Shown: piece after piece, positions 9,354 through 19,543 of the stretch | Layout of the letters: every line of letters begins with the position of its first letter | Position numbering within the stretch: position 1 is the stretch's first letter | From: Gammaproteobacteria bacterium | Lineage (GTDB): Bacteria; Pseudomonadota; Gammaproteobacteria; Tethybacterales; G965206325 | DNA: 64,000 nt | Assembly: GCA_965206325.1 (NCBI GenBank) | Contig: OZ242208.1 | Span: 104,687-168,686, forward strand | Direction of reading: 5' to 3' | The notes under the pieces: model-generated | The model's database searches: none | Told to the model about the DNA's origin: nothing | The model's input: the letters and a program-made list of their open reading frames with translations, nothing else | Position numbers and translations under genes: made by a program

Positions 9354-10625
9354 TTAGAGTGCATCGCGCAACCGATAGTATAGCATAGCGAGCGCCAAAA
9401 TTGGCGCGCGAAGCAATTTCCCGCCGAAAAAATTCCGGTGTCGTATTTTCGTAAAAACATCAAAACGCTCCGCCGACCCGGCTATCGCCTCCGCCAGCAG
9501 ACGCCCGGCAAGACCCGTCAATGCAACGCCCTGCCCGGAAAATCCCTGCGCGTAAAAAATATCGCCGCCAATCCGTCCGAAATCCGGCAGGCGATTAATC
9601 GTAATCGCCACATTTCCGCCCCACACAAATTCCGCTTTTGCGTCCGCCAACTGCGGAAAAACCGCCAGCATTCGCCGACGCATTGCCGTCCGCAGATTCG
9701 GCGGCGTTAAAGTTGTATACGAAACCCGACCGCCGAAAAGCATCCGCGAATCCGCCGACCGCCGAAAATAATCCAGCACAAAATTCATATCGCACACCGC
9801 TTCATTCTGCGGAATCAGCGAGCCGATTCGCTCTTCGCCCAGCGGCTCAGTCGCGCAGATGTAAGTCCCCACCGGCATCACACGCCGACGAAGCGGCGGC
9901 ATCAATTCATCCAAATACGCATTGCAGGCGATAACTAAATGACGGCATTTTACTTCGCCCGATTCCGTTTTCGCCCGCGGACCGGCGGCGGTTTTTTTAA
10001 TGCTGACCACGCGGCTTCCTTCAAAAAATGCGACGCCCGCATCTTTCGCCGCCTTTGCGAGTCCGAGCAGATAATTAAGCGGATGCAAATGTCCACCCGC
10101 CAAATCCCGCAACGCGGCGACATAGCGATCGCTCGCAATCGCCCGACGGACGCCGCTGCCGTTCAGCAATTCGCATGGATAATTTAAGCGGGAAAGCGTC
10201 GCCGCATAATCCTCTAAATTTTTGCGATGGCGATTTTTAATCGCCGCCAGAATCCAGCCATCGCGCAAATCGCAATTAATGTGATGACGGGCGACTCGCT
10301 CCCGAATAATCGCCATCGCCTCTTTGGACATTTCAAACAGCGGACGCAAATCGGCGAATCCGAGGGCGGGCAGATTCTCCTCCCAATCCCCGCCGAATCC
10401 ATGAATGATTTGCCCGCCGCTTCGGCCGGACGCACCCCAGCCGATTCTTTCCGCCTCTAAAACGGCAACCGAAAATCCACGCTCCGCTAAATTTAACGCC
10501 GCCGATACGCCGGTAAAACCGCCGCCGATAACGCACACATCGCACGATTCTTCGCCCGCCAAAGGCGGCGACGGCTGCTCCCGCAACGCCGTCGCTTCAT
10601 AGTAGGAATCAACCAGCGGCTGCAT
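9354..10625 (-). CDS. puuB: FAD-dependent oxidoreductase, gamma-glutamylputrescine oxidase-like
   Basis: SYYEAT, DVCVIGGGFTG, GWGASGRSGGQ, HLHPLNY, LDYFR, AQGFSGQGV. Confidence 0.8.
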   Translation of the reverse strand: MQPLVDSYYEATALREQPSPPLAGEESCDVCVIGGGFTGVSAALNLAERGFSVAVLEAERIGWGASGRSGGQIIHGFGGDWEENLPALGFADLRPLFEMSKEAMAIIRERVARHHINCDLRDGWILAAIKNRHRKNLEDYAATLSRLNYPCELLNGSGVRRAIASDRYVAALRDLAGGHLHPLNYLLGLAKAAKDAGVAFFEGSRVVSIKKTAAGPRAKTESGEVKCRHLVIACNAYLDELMPPLRRRVMPVGTYICATEPLGEERIGSLIPQNEAVCDMNFVLDYFRRSADSRMLFGGRVSYTTLTPPNLRTAMRRRMLAVFPQLADAKAEFVWGGNVAITINRLPDFGRIGGDIFYAQGFSGQGVALTGLAGRLLAEAIAGSAERFDVFTKIRHRNFFGGKLLRAPILALAMLYYRLRDAL

Positions 10626-10685
10626 TTTCGTCGTCCAATTTTTTTCGCGCGCGATTCTCCGCCGATTATAAACCCATCGCCGCTT

Positions 10686-10694
10686 TGCTATACT
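10686..10694 (+). promoter_or_regulatory. Extended -10 promoter (TGcTATACT) of pyrF, likely leaderless
   Basis: TGnTATACT 6 nt before ATG 10701; no Shine-Dalgarno. Confidence 0.6.
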
Positions 10695-10700
10695 GCGAAA

Positions 10701-11426
10701 ATGCCAATTGAGATTCCGTCGCAGGAGCGATTAATCGTCGCCCTTGATTTTTCCGACGGCGAATCTGCAATGCGACTCGTCGCTCAATTGGGCGATGCCG
10801 TTCGCTTTTATAAAATCGGCTTGGAATTAATCGCCAGCGGCGACGGCTTTCGCATCATTCGCCAACTCGCCGACAACGGCAAACGAGTTTTCGCCGATAT
10901 GAAATTGTTTGATGTCCCGCCCACCGTCGCCCGGGCGACCGCCGCCATCGCCGACAGCGGAGCGGATTTTCTTACCGTTCACGGCGACGATGCCATTATG
11001 CAAGCCGCCGCAGAAAATAAAGGCGAATTAAAAATCCTTGCCGTCACCGTCCTCACAAGTTTGGACGACGGCGACATTCGCCAAATGGGATTCGCCTGCG
11101 ACATTTCGACGCTTGTCCTTTCTCGCACGAAAAAAGCAATGCAATTCGGCTGCGACGGTGTTATTGCATCCGGACAAGAAGCGGCGGCAATTCGCAAAGA
11201 ATTAGGCGCGAATCCTTTAATCGTAACGCCCGGCATTCGTCCCACCGAAAGTCAAAGCAACGAGCAAAAAAGAATCGCGACTCCCGCCGATGCCATTTCT
11301 GCGGGAGCGAATTATTTGGTCGTCGGGCGGCCGATTCGCAACGCCGAAAATCCCCGACTCGCCGCCGAAAAAATACAGCGGGAAATCGTCGATTCTCTTT
11401 CCAAGCGAAAAAGCGTAAAAGCGTAA
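10701..11426 (+). CDS. pyrF: Orotidine-5'-phosphate decarboxylase
   Basis: LIVALD, YKIG, DMKLFDVPPTV, AVTVLTS, TPGIRP, VVGRPI. Confidence 0.96.
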   Translation: MPIEIPSQERLIVALDFSDGESAMRLVAQLGDAVRFYKIGLELIASGDGFRIIRQLADNGKRVFADMKLFDVPPTVARATAAIADSGADFLTVHGDDAIMQAAAENKGELKILAVTVLTSLDDGDIRQMGFACDISTLVLSRTKKAMQFGCDGVIASGQEAAAIRKELGANPLIVTPGIRPTESQSNEQKRIATPADAISAGANYLVVGRPIRNAENPRLAAEKIQREIVDSLSKRKSVKA

Positions 11427-11510
11427 ATTTTGATTTTGCGCTGTTGTTTTTTTGCCGCATGCAAAATTCGCCAATTCGCCGCCCTCTTTGTAAGGGAATG
11501 AATTTCGCGG

Positions 11511-11536
11511 CGGGTCGGGGATTAATTTCCGACTTG
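11511..11536. repeat. REP-like palindrome / bidirectional terminator, copy 1
   Basis: CGGGTCGGGGATTAATTTCCGACTTG between convergent genes; related copies at 16240 and 41016. Confidence 0.55.
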
Positions 11537-11541
11537 CAGAA

Positions 11542-11712
11542 TCATTCCCGATTCGCAGTGCGGAATCCGGCGGCGAATTCCTCCGGCTTTTCGTCCGTTT
11601 TCTTTTCGCTTTTCGGCAGATCCCACGCGCTTGGCGGATAGCATCCCGCAAGCGATGCGACGACCGTCGCCAATAAAAGCGCGGTAATTAATTTTGTCGC
11701 CGTGTTTTTCAT
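11542..11712 (-). CDS. Small putative lipoprotein (56 aa)
   Basis: MKNTATKLITALLLATVVASLAG-C has a basic N-region, hydrophobic core and LAGC lipobox. Confidence 0.55.
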   Translation of the reverse strand: MKNTATKLITALLLATVVASLAGCYPPSAWDLPKSEKKTDEKPEEFAAGFRTANRE

Positions 11713-11750
11713 GCGGACGAATAATAGCAAAAAATTCCTGCGCGCAATTT

Positions 11751-11996
11751 TTATTTTTCGGGAGGCGGATCAAATCCGCCGGAATGAAAGGGATGACACC
11801 GCAGAATCCTCCTCGCCGTCAGCCACAAGGCGCGATGAAAAGCAAAGCGATGAAACGATTCGCGGGCGTATTCGGAGCAAGTCGGCGTAAATCTGCAATG
11901 CCAGCCGACAAAAGGCGCAAGCGTTAATTGATAAACGCGAATTAAAATTCTCGCCAAGCGGCGCAAAGCGAAATCGGCGATTCTAATGGGCGACAT
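11751..11996 (-). CDS. yidD: Membrane protein insertion efficiency factor YidD
   Basis: YQ...CRFTPTCSEYA...RILRCHPF...GGFDP signature; start uncertain. Confidence 0.9.
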   Translation of the reverse strand: MSPIRIADFALRRLARILIRVYQLTLAPFVGWHCRFTPTCSEYARESFHRFAFHRALWLTARRILRCHPFHSGGFDPPPEK

Positions 11997-12046
11997 CACG
12001 CAAACTATTTTACGCCCGCCCAAACAAGCGGCGGACGCCGCAGGGA

Positions 12047-13426
12047 TTATTTTTTTCGCCATTTGGTGCCGTCGGCGGAATCTTCCAAGACGATTCCGCG
12101 ATGGGCGAGGTCGTCGCGAATTTTGTCCGCTTCGGCGAAATTGCGATTGCGGCGGGCTTCGTTGCGCGCTTCAATTTGACGCTCAATTTCCGCCGCCTCG
12201 TCCGATTCGCCGAATTTTCCTTTCAGCCAATGCGACGGCGTGTGCTGGAAAAATCCCATAAATTTTCCGGCGGCGAGCAAATCTTTTTTTCGCTTAATAA
12301 TTTCCGCCGGGCGTCGCGCGCGATTGGCGGCATGCGCCATTTCGTGCAGAAGAGCGAAAGCGGCGGGCGTATTCAAATCTTCGCACAGCGTCTTGACGAG
12401 TTCGGCGGGCGGCTCGGATTCCTCCTTAATTTCCGCCGATTCGCCGCCGCGCGCAAGAGCAAGATAAAGGCGATTGAGAGCGGCTTTGGCGTCGCCGGCC
12501 GACTTGGGCGTCCAATCCAGCGGCTTGCGATAATGCGCCGACAGAAGGGCGTATCGCGCCGCTTCGCCGGGAAAATCCAAAAGCGCCTCCCGCAGCGATA
12601 CGATGTTGCCGACCGACTTCGCCATCTTTTCGCCGGACAGAGTCAAATGGCCGTTATGCACCCAAAAGCGGGCGAGGATTCCATTTTGATGCGCGCAGCC
12701 GCTTTGGGCGAGTTCGTTTTCGTGATGCGGAAAAATTAAATCCTGTCCGCCGCCGTGGATGTCTAAAATTTCGCCCAGATGCGCGCGCGCCATCGCCGAG
12801 CATTCCAAATGCCAGCCCGGACGACCCCGCCCCCACGGACTCGCCCAGCCGGGCTCGGAATCAGCGGCGGGCTTCCACAGCACAAAATCAGCGGGATGAC
12901 GCTTAAACGGAGCAACTTCCACCCGCGCCCCGGCGAGCATTTCATCCGTTCCCCGATTGGAAAGCGCGCCGTAATTTTTGCACGATGCCACTGAAAACAG
13001 CACATGATTTTCCGCTTCGTAGGCGTTGCCGTTTTCCAGCAAAGTCGCCACCAGTTTCTGCATTTCGCCGATATTTTCCGTCGCCCGCGGCTCGGCGGTC
13101 GGCGGCAGGGCGTTTAATTGAGCGATGTCGGCGTGAAATTCGCGCTCAAATTTTCGGGCGATAGCCGAGGGCTCCTCGCCGTTTTCCCGCGCCGTCCGAA
13201 TAATTTTATCGTCAATGTCGGTAATGTTGCGGGCGTAGGCGACTTCGCCGTGCAGCCGCAGCAGCAGCCGAAAAAGCATATCAAACACCGCCACCGGACG
13301 CGCATTGCCAAGATGAATCGGACCATAGACAGTCGGCCCGCAAACATACATTGTCACTTTCCGGCTGCTTTGCGGACGGAAAATTTCATTGCGATTCGTC
13401 AGCGTATTATGAAGGACAAGGTTCAT
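12047..13426 (-). CDS. cysS: Cysteine--tRNA ligase
   Basis: [51 protein letters not shown]. Confidence 0.98.
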   Translation of the reverse strand: MNLVLHNTLTNRNEIFRPQSSRKVTMYVCGPTVYGPIHLGNARPVAVFDMLFRLLLRLHGEVAYARNITDIDDKIIRTARENGEEPSAIARKFEREFHADIAQLNALPPTAEPRATENIGEMQKLVATLLENGNAYEAENHVLFSVASCKNYGALSNRGTDEMLAGARVEVAPFKRHPADFVLWKPAADSEPGWASPWGRGRPGWHLECSAMARAHLGEILDIHGGGQDLIFPHHENELAQSGCAHQNGILARFWVHNGHLTLSGEKMAKSVGNIVSLREALLDFPGEAARYALLSAHYRKPLDWTPKSAGDAKAALNRLYLALARGGESAEIKEESEPPAELVKTLCEDLNTPAAFALLHEMAHAANRARRPAEIIKRKKDLLAAGKFMGFFQHTPSHWLKGKFGESDEAAEIERQIEARNEARRNRNFAEADKIRDDLAHRGIVLEDSADGTKWRKK

Positions 13427-13529
13427 CGGTCGGGCGGATTTTATCGGAATCTTTCCCCCGCCGCTTGTCGGCGGTTTGATATAATTTTGCGGGGAAGATA
13501 AGTCGGCAAGGCAAAATCAGCGTCGGACA

Positions 13530-14417
13530 ATGAACAGCGGAATCATCCTGCTGGATAAAATGCCCGGCGAATCGTCGGCGCAATTAACAACGCGAGTCCG
13601 GAAATTATTCCGTGCGAATCGCGCCGGACACGGCGGCTCGCTGGATCCGTTGGCGGGCGGATTGCTGGTTGTTTTTTTGGACGAAGCGACTCCCTTCGCC
13701 GAATTCGCACTCGGCGGCGATAAAAAATATCGGGCGCGAATTCAATTCGGCATCGCCACCGACAGCGGCGACGGCGAAGGAAAAATCATTTACGAATCGC
13801 CGATGCCGCCGAATTTATCGGGCTTGGAATCCGTCTTGGGCGAATTTGTCGGCGAATTTGAGCAGGTCGCTCCTTTGCATTCCGCCTTGAAATATCGCGG
13901 AAAACCGCTGTATTTTTACGCGCGCAAGGGCGAATCCGTCCCCGAAAAAAAACGGCGGGTGCGCGTCGGCGAAATTCGCCTGCTCGGAATTGACGGCGCA
14001 TTCGCCGATTTGGAAATTCAATGCGGAGCGGGATTCTATCTGCGAAGTTTGGCGCGCGATTTGGGACAGCGGCTCGGCTGCGGCGGATACTTAGCGTCGC
14101 TGCGGCGGCTCGCCAGCGGAACGCTTGCCGTTGAAAATGCGGCGTCGTTTGAATCCCTCGAAAAACTTGACGATGAAAATCGCAAGGCGCGAATTTTATC
14201 AGCGGAGGAAATCGTCCGTCATTTTCCGCTGCGGCATCTGGGCGATGCGGCGATGCGAAGAATCGCGCGGGGAAATTCCACGCCGCTTGCAATCGCTCCC
14301 GGAATTTACCGCGCTCATGCCGACGGTGAATTCGCGGGTTTGATACAATGCGACGGACAAAGCGCAAGCGCGAAAAAATTGACCGCCGCCGCGCGCCGAA
14401 AATGGGAAAAACCATGA
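13530..14417 (+). CDS. truB: tRNA pseudouridine(55) synthase
   Basis: GHGGSLDPLAGG catalytic motif, SALKYRGKPLY, YLRSLARDLG. Confidence 0.95.
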   Translation: MNSGIILLDKMPGESSAQLTTRVRKLFRANRAGHGGSLDPLAGGLLVVFLDEATPFAEFALGGDKKYRARIQFGIATDSGDGEGKIIYESPMPPNLSGLESVLGEFVGEFEQVAPLHSALKYRGKPLYFYARKGESVPEKKRRVRVGEIRLLGIDGAFADLEIQCGAGFYLRSLARDLGQRLGCGGYLASLRRLASGTLAVENAASFESLEKLDDENRKARILSAEEIVRHFPLRHLGDAAMRRIARGNSTPLAIAPGIYRAHADGEFAGLIQCDGQSASAKKLTAAARRKWEKP

Positions 14418-15352
14418 GCGAAGAACAATCGCAAAACTTAATTGAAAAAATGCTGCTCGCCGATGTGCGGGAAAAACGCGCGCGCCGACGGTGGGGAATT
14501 TTCTTCAAACTGCTGGCTTTCAGCTATATCGGCTTTTTCATCTACGCGCATTACGCCGACGAATCGCCGCTGCCGACGGAAATGCCCGGCATCGGCGGAC
14601 CGCATGTCGCGCTGATTAAAATTGAAGGCATCATCGGCTTGGACCGAGTCGAAGCGGGCGAAATCAATCATCTGCTGCGGCGCGCATTCAACAGCGAAAA
14701 CGCCAAGGCAATCGTGCTGGAAATTAACAGCCCGGGCGGCAGCGCCGTGCAGTCGCACCGAATCTACAAAGAAATTCGGCGATTGCGGGAGGCGAATCCC
14801 AATAAGCCCGTCTATGCAGTCGCCGGCGATATTTGCGCTTCGGGCGGATACTTTATCGCCGCCGCCGCCGACCGAATTTTTGTGGACGACGCCAGCATCG
14901 TCGGCTCCATCGGCGTCATTTACAGCACCTTCGGCTTCACCGAAATGATGGAAAAAATCGGCGTGGAGCGGCGCGTGCAAACCGGCGGACGCAACAAAAA
15001 TATGTTTGATCCGTTTTCGCCGCAATCGCCCTCGCACACGGCGCGCATTCAGAATTTGGTTGACGACACGCATCGGCTGTTTATTGATGCAGTGAAAGAA
15101 GGCCGCGCCGGACGGCTGGACGAATCCGCCCCCGACCTCTTCAGCGGACTCGTCTGGAGCGGCGGCGAAAGCGTGCGACTCGGACTCGCCGATGAAATCG
15201 GCGACGCCGATTATGTCGCGCGGGAAATTGTCGGCGTTGACGAAGTGCGGGAATATCAGCCGGAGGTGGATTTTCTTGATCGCTTCGCGCGCGGAATCGG
15301 CGCATCGCTGGGCTCGCAAGCGACCGGGGCTTTGTCGCCGGGAGTGCGGTGA
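14414..15352 (+). CDS. sppA: S49 family signal peptide peptidase (short SppA)
   Basis: INSPGGS, CASGGYFIAAAAD, IVGSIGV; ATG overlaps the truB stop. Confidence 0.9.
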   Translation: MSEEQSQNLIEKMLLADVREKRARRRWGIFFKLLAFSYIGFFIYAHYADESPLPTEMPGIGGPHVALIKIEGIIGLDRVEAGEINHLLRRAFNSENAKAIVLEINSPGGSAVQSHRIYKEIRRLREANPNKPVYAVAGDICASGGYFIAAAADRIFVDDASIVGSIGVIYSTFGFTEMMEKIGVERRVQTGGRNKNMFDPFSPQSPSHTARIQNLVDDTHRLFIDAVKEGRAGRLDESAPDLFSGLVWSGGESVRLGLADEIGDADYVAREIVGVDEVREYQPEVDFLDRFARGIGASLGSQATGALSPGVR

Positions 15353-15365
15353 AAATTAAATCGTT

Positions 15366-15893
15366 TTACTTCGGACAGTTAAACAGCACTCCATTTTTGT
15401 TCATACATTTCACCGGCACGGATACTTTCTTAACCGCCTTGGCGAATTCTTTGTCATCGATTCCCCGTCCTTGGATAAGAATGCAAAGCGGTCGCTTGCC
15501 GGTTACGGCGGCGTAATGAAGTGCCTGCCCGGTGCATTCGTAGGGTTTCATTCCTTTCCCCCAATCAAATTCCACCGCTTCGTTTTCCAGCAAGCAATCG
15601 GGCTTGGTGCCGTCTCGCAGCGTGGTGACAATTCCATTCTGCTCTTTGCACCAAGCAGAAGAGTAATCTTCTTCACCAGCCCCGAAAGTCGGCGGCACTA
15701 TGATGACCGCAAGCACAATAAGGATGGACAAAATTGCCCCACGGATTTCCAATTTGATTTCCGCTCTGTTGGTTTTTGGCAAAACCGCGGCTCGGTCGTT
15801 TTCGTTGACGCGCTTGGCGTGAGCTGTTGTTCCTGTTAGCGCGAACGCCCGCACAAAAAGGCAGCACTTCGCCGCCTTGATGAAGGGGTTCAT
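15366..15893 (-). CDS. Membrane-anchored, Cys-rich hypothetical protein with PD-(D/E)XK-like motifs
   Basis: RBS GAGAGG before ATG 15893; TM AILSILIVLAVIIV; PDC...EFD...GQALHY motif. Confidence 0.7.
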   Translation of the reverse strand: MNPFIKAAKCCLFVRAFALTGTTAHAKRVNENDRAAVLPKTNRAEIKLEIRGAILSILIVLAVIIVPPTFGAGEEDYSSAWCKEQNGIVTTLRDGTKPDCLLENEAVEFDWGKGMKPYECTGQALHYAAVTGKRPLCILIQGRGIDDKEFAKAVKKVSVPVKCMNKNGVLFNCPK

Positions 15894-16118
15894 TGTTTAC
15901 CTCTCTTCTGTGTTGTAGGACAAAGTCCGCCCGCCGCACCATGCGCCGGGCGGCTACAAGCGAACCAGAGGTATGGGACACCTCGCCTATTTCCCGCGCC
16001 GGGGGATCAATCCCGCCGCTTAATGGGTATTTTATTCGGCGAGCCGCCCGACAGTCGGGCAGCCCATCCGATTCGCTTGTAGGATTGCAACTTTGCCACA
16101 AAGATGCGGCGGAGTCAA
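15894..16118 (-). promoter_or_regulatory. Promoter plus structured ~190-nt 5' leader (candidate RNA switch)
   Basis: TTGACT-17-CAAAGT (16118-16090); 16-bp helix 16067-16082 with 15954-15969; hairpins 15927-15953 and 16046-16060; TCCTACAA repeated. Confidence 0.5.
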
Positions 16119-16239
16119 GAAAAAAATCGCAAAAAAATGCGCGTCAAAATTCGTCGGCGAAGAAAGTGCAGACGCAAAGCGTCCGAGCATGCATTCCAAC
16201 GCAGAACATTGAAACGAGGAATTTAGTTTTTGGAATGTT

Positions 16240-16304
16240 CGGGTCGGAGATTAATCCCGACCCGCCGAGATTTCCGGTCGACTCTGTGAGAACCGACCCG
16301 CCGA
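16240..16304 (-). terminator. Tandem hairpins after rplQ, including REP-like copy 2
   Basis: Minus strand GGTCGGTTCT-cac-AGAGTCGACC, then CGGGTCGGGATTAATCTCCGACCCG; TCGGCGGGTCGG repeated 36 nt apart. Confidence 0.6.
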
Positions 16305-16308
16305 AGAT

Positions 16309-16749
16309 TTACTCTGCGGAATCGTCGTCCGATTTTTCCGGCGGCTTGTCGGCGGATTTGGCGGGGGCGGATTCTTCCTTCGGCTTGCGATCCATTAATT
16401 CCACCCACGCCAGCGGGGCGTTGTCGCCGACGCGTCGGCCGCATTTGAGAATGCGCAAATAGCCACCCGGACGATTTTCGTAGCGCGGGCCTAATTCATC
16501 AAAAATTTTCACCACATTGGCACGGTCGCGCAGGCGCGAAAAAGCCAGCCGCCGCATCGCCACCGGCGAGGACGACGATCGCTTGCCGAGCGTTATCAGC
16601 GGCTCCACCACGCGGCGCAATTCGCGCGCTTTCGGCAGCGTGGTTTGAATCGCCTCGCGCTGAATCAGGGCGTTCGCCAGATTGCGCAGCATCGCCCGGC
16701 GATGCGCGCTCGTGCGGTTTAATTTGCGATAGCCGAATCGGTGGCGCAT
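16309..16749 (-). CDS. rplQ: 50S ribosomal protein L17
   Basis: MRHR...[30 protein letters not shown]; acidic tail. Confidence 0.98.
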   Translation of the reverse strand: MRHRFGYRKLNRTSAHRRAMLRNLANALIQREAIQTTLPKARELRRVVEPLITLGKRSSSSPVAMRRLAFSRLRDRANVVKIFDELGPRYENRPGGYLRILKCGRRVGDNAPLAWVELMDRKPKEESAPAKSADKPPEKSDDDSAE

Positions 16750-16762
16750 CTTCTTAACAAAA

Positions 16763-17737
16763 TCAGCGGGGCGGCGGAGTCCATGCGCCCAAATCGGTGC
16801 CTAATTCCAAGCCCAATTGCGCCAGCGCGGCTTTGATTTCGGCGATGGATTTTTTTCCCAGATTCGGTGTTTTCTGCAAATCGCGCTCGGTGCGGCGCAC
16901 TAAATCGCCCATGTAGCGAATATGCTCCTGCTTCAGGCAATTCTGCGAGCGGACGGAAAGCCCCAATTCCAAATCGTCAATGCGCTTTTGGTAGATGGGA
17001 TTTTGCTCCGCCCCGCGCTGCGCGCCAATTGATTCCAAATCTAATTTGCCGCGGTCAAAATCGGCGAAGACATGCAATTGATCCACCAGAATCCGCGAAG
17101 CGTGATTCAAAATTTGCTGCGAATCAAAAATGCCGTTGGTTTCAATATCCAAAACCAATCGGTCGAGGTCGGTGCGATTTTCCACCCGCGCACTTTCCAC
17201 TTCAAAACTCACGCGCAACACCGGCGAAAAAGAAGCGTCCAAGTAAATCACGCCGAATCGCTTGGAGCGTCCGACCCGCATCACCGCCGGCTGATAGCCC
17301 ATGCCGGATTCCACCGTAATTTCCATTTCCAATTTTGCGCCTTTGGCGAGATTCGCAATGATATGGTCGGAATTAATCACTTCCACATTGTGCGGCAGAG
17401 TCAAATCGCCCGCGCGCACCTGACCTTGAATTTCCGCCGTCAATTTAACGATGGCGCGGTCGCCCTCATTAATTTTGAAGACGACGCCTTTGAGATTCAG
17501 CATCACGCCGACGACATCTTCGCGCACGCCTCCAATGTTGTCGTATTCATGGACGACGCCGTCAATCTTAACTTCGGTCGGCGCGAATCCGGGAATGGAC
17601 GACATCATCACCCGACGCAGGGCGCCGCCCAGCGTATGGCCGAAGCCGCGCTCAAACGGCTCCATCGTAATGCGGCTGTGAAAGGGCGAAATGTCCTTCA
17701 CCTGCGTAATTTGGGGTTTCAGTAATTCTGTCTGCAT
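16763..17737 (-). CDS. rpoA: RNA polymerase alpha subunit
   Basis: [41 protein letters not shown]. Confidence 0.98.
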   Translation of the reverse strand: MQTELLKPQITQVKDISPFHSRITMEPFERGFGHTLGGALRRVMMSSIPGFAPTEVKIDGVVHEYDNIGGVREDVVGVMLNLKGVVFKINEGDRAIVKLTAEIQGQVRAGDLTLPHNVEVINSDHIIANLAKGAKLEMEITVESGMGYQPAVMRVGRSKRFGVIYLDASFSPVLRVSFEVESARVENRTDLDRLVLDIETNGIFDSQQILNHASRILVDQLHVFADFDRGKLDLESIGAQRGAEQNPIYQKRIDDLELGLSVRSQNCLKQEHIRYMGDLVRRTERDLQKTPNLGKKSIAEIKAALAQLGLELGTDLGAWTPPPR

Positions 17738-17744
17738 GGTTTTC

Positions 17745-18383
17745 CTATCGGGAGTAATACTCAACGATTAAACTTTCGTTGATGTCCAGATTGATGTCTT
17801 CGCGCTTGGGCAATTCGCGGAAAACGCCGCGGCACATGGCGATATCCACTTCCACCCAAATGGGCGTGCCGCGCGCTTCCGCCTGCGTGAGGGATTCGCG
17901 CACGCGCACATGCTCGCGGGCTTTTTCGGACAGCGAAATCATCTGCCCCGGCCGAACCGCAAACGACGCCACGCCCACGCGCTTGCCGTCTACCAGCGCC
18001 TGCTTGTGCGAAACCATCTGCCGCGCTTCGGCGCGCGTAACGGCGAAGCCCATTCGGTAGAGTAAATTATCCAGCCGCGATTCCAGCATCTGCATCAAAA
18101 TTTCACCGGTCGCCCCCCGCGACGACGCCGCCTTGCGGTAGTAATTGCGAAACTGCCGCTCCATCAAACCGTAGATGCGGCGCAATTTCTGCTTTTCGCG
18201 CAAGTGCAAAGCAAAATCCGATTGCCGCCGTCCGCCGCCGCCGCCGCGTCCTCCTGTTGCGCTTTGACCGGGCAGGACTTTAATCTTGCATTTGTATTCC
18301 AGCGACTTCGCGCCGCTTTTCAGAAATAAATCCGTCCCCGCGCGCCGCGCGAGTTTACAGGTGGGACCAAGATAGCGCGCCAT
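17745..18383 (-). CDS. rpsD: 30S ribosomal protein S4
   Basis: MARYLGP, LREKQK, LESRLDN, IVEYYSR. Confidence 0.98.
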   Translation of the reverse strand: MARYLGPTCKLARRAGTDLFLKSGAKSLEYKCKIKVLPGQSATGGRGGGGGRRQSDFALHLREKQKLRRIYGLMERQFRNYYRKAASSRGATGEILMQMLESRLDNLLYRMGFAVTRAEARQMVSHKQALVDGKRVGVASFAVRPGQMISLSEKAREHVRVRESLTQAEARGTPIWVEVDIAMCRGVFRELPKREDINLDINESLIVEYYSR

Positions 18384-18387
18384 TTCT

Positions 18388-18780
18388 CTACACCCGCCGC
18401 CGCTTCGGAGCGCGGCAGCCGTTGTGCGGAATCGGCGTAACATCCGCAATGCGGACGATTTTCAACCCGACCGCATTCATCGCACGCACCGACGAATCGC
18501 GCCCCGGACCGGGGCCTTTAATTCGCACTTCCACATTTTTGACTCCCATTTCCTGCGCCTGCTTGGCGGCTTGTTCGGCGGCGACTTGCGCCGCATATGG
18601 CGTGCCTTTGCGCGTGCCTTTGAATCCCGCCGACCCCGTCGTCGCCCATGTCAGCGTATTGCCCTGCTGGTCGGCGAAAGTGATAATCGTTCCGTTGAAA
18701 GTGGCGCGCACATGCGCCACCGCATCCGAAACCGAACGCTTGATTTTTTTGCGTCCTTTGCTTTTTGCCGGAGTCGCCAT
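18388..18780 (-). CDS. rpsK: 30S ribosomal protein S11
   Basis: [25 protein letters not shown]. Confidence 0.98.
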   Translation of the reverse strand: MATPAKSKGRKKIKRSVSDAVAHVRATFNGTIITFADQQGNTLTWATTGSAGFKGTRKGTPYAAQVAAEQAAKQAQEMGVKNVEVRIKGPGPGRDSSVRAMNAVGLKIVRIADVTPIPHNGCRAPKRRRV

Positions 18781-18782
18781 TG

Positions 18783-19148
18783 TTATTTCTTCTTAATGCG
18801 AATGCGCCGCGGCCCTTTGCGGGTGCGGGCGTTGGTGCGAGTCCGCTGTCCGCGCACTGGCAGGCCGTGGCGATGGCGCAGTCCGCGGTAGCAATTCGGC
18901 AGATCCATCAGCCGCTTAATGCTCATTGTAATTTCGCGCCGCACCGCGCCTTCAATGCGAATTTCGCCGATTCGCGCGCGCAGGCGATTAAGTGCATCGT
19001 CGTCCAATTTGCCCATCGGCGATGCCGGATCCACTTTCGCTTCGTGGCACAGCCGGGCGGCGGTCGTGCGGCCGACGCCGTAGATTGCGGTCAGCGCAAT
19101 CACAGCGTGCTTGTATTCAGGAATGACGACTCCGGCAATTCGTATCAT
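18783..19148 (-). CDS. rpsM: 30S ribosomal protein S13
   Basis: [30 protein letters not shown]; upstream TGaTATACT internal promoter candidate. Confidence 0.98.
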   Translation of the reverse strand: MIRIAGVVIPEYKHAVIALTAIYGVGRTTAARLCHEAKVDPASPMGKLDDDALNRLRARIGEIRIEGAVRREITMSIKRLMDLPNCYRGLRHRHGLPVRGQRTRTNARTRKGPRRIRIKKK

Positions 19149-19187
19149 GGCAAAGCCGAACAGTATATCACACGCGCGCGCACTAAA

Positions 19188-19301
19188 TCAACCCTGCCGC
19201 TGCTTGTGGCGGGGATTCTTGCAAATCACCCGCACCGCTCCGCGGCGCTTGATAATTCGGCAGTCGCGGCAGACCCGCTTGACCGACGGTTTTACTTTCA
19301 T
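19188..19301 (-). CDS. rpmJ: 50S ribosomal protein L36
   Basis: Below the ORF-track cutoff; manual translation [37 protein letters not shown] (zinc-binding form). Confidence 0.97.
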   Translation of the reverse strand: MKVKPSVKRVCRDCRIIKRRGAVRVICKNPRHKQRQG

Positions 19302-19318
19302 CGCTGTTTCTCCGTTTG

Positions 19319-19540
19319 TTATCTTTCGCGGAAGACAATCCGCCCCCGACTTAAATCGTAGGGCGTCAATTCCACCGTCACCGTGTCGCCGGGCAATACG
19401 CGAATGTGGCGGATTCGCATTTTCCCCGAAGTGCGCGTCAGCACTTCGTGTCCGTTTTCCAGCCGCACGCGATACATGGAATCCGGCAGCCGTTCCAGCA
19501 CTTCGCCCCGCAGCGTTATTTTATCATTTTCCCGCGCCAT
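19319..19540 (-). CDS. infA: Translation initiation factor IF-1
   Basis: [31 protein letters not shown]. Confidence 0.98.
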   Translation of the reverse strand: MARENDKITLRGEVLERLPDSMYRVRLENGHEVLTRTSGKMRIRHIRVLPGDTVTVELTPYDLSRGRIVFRER

Positions 19541-19543
19541 AAT

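Noticed and set aside
14438-15319. 293-aa minus-strand ORF
   Set aside because: Antisense to sppA.
15900-16100. Possible 6S, SRP, tmRNA or tRNA
   Set aside because: No cloverleaf/TTCGA arm, SRP loop or tmRNA ends recognised; kept only as an unclassified leader pending an Rfam search.
15893-16462. 189-aa plus-strand ORF and 142-aa minus-strand ORF (15673-16101) over the structured leader
   Set aside because: No RBS or motifs; they overlap rplQ or the orphan gene, and the region is better explained as promoter plus RNA leader.
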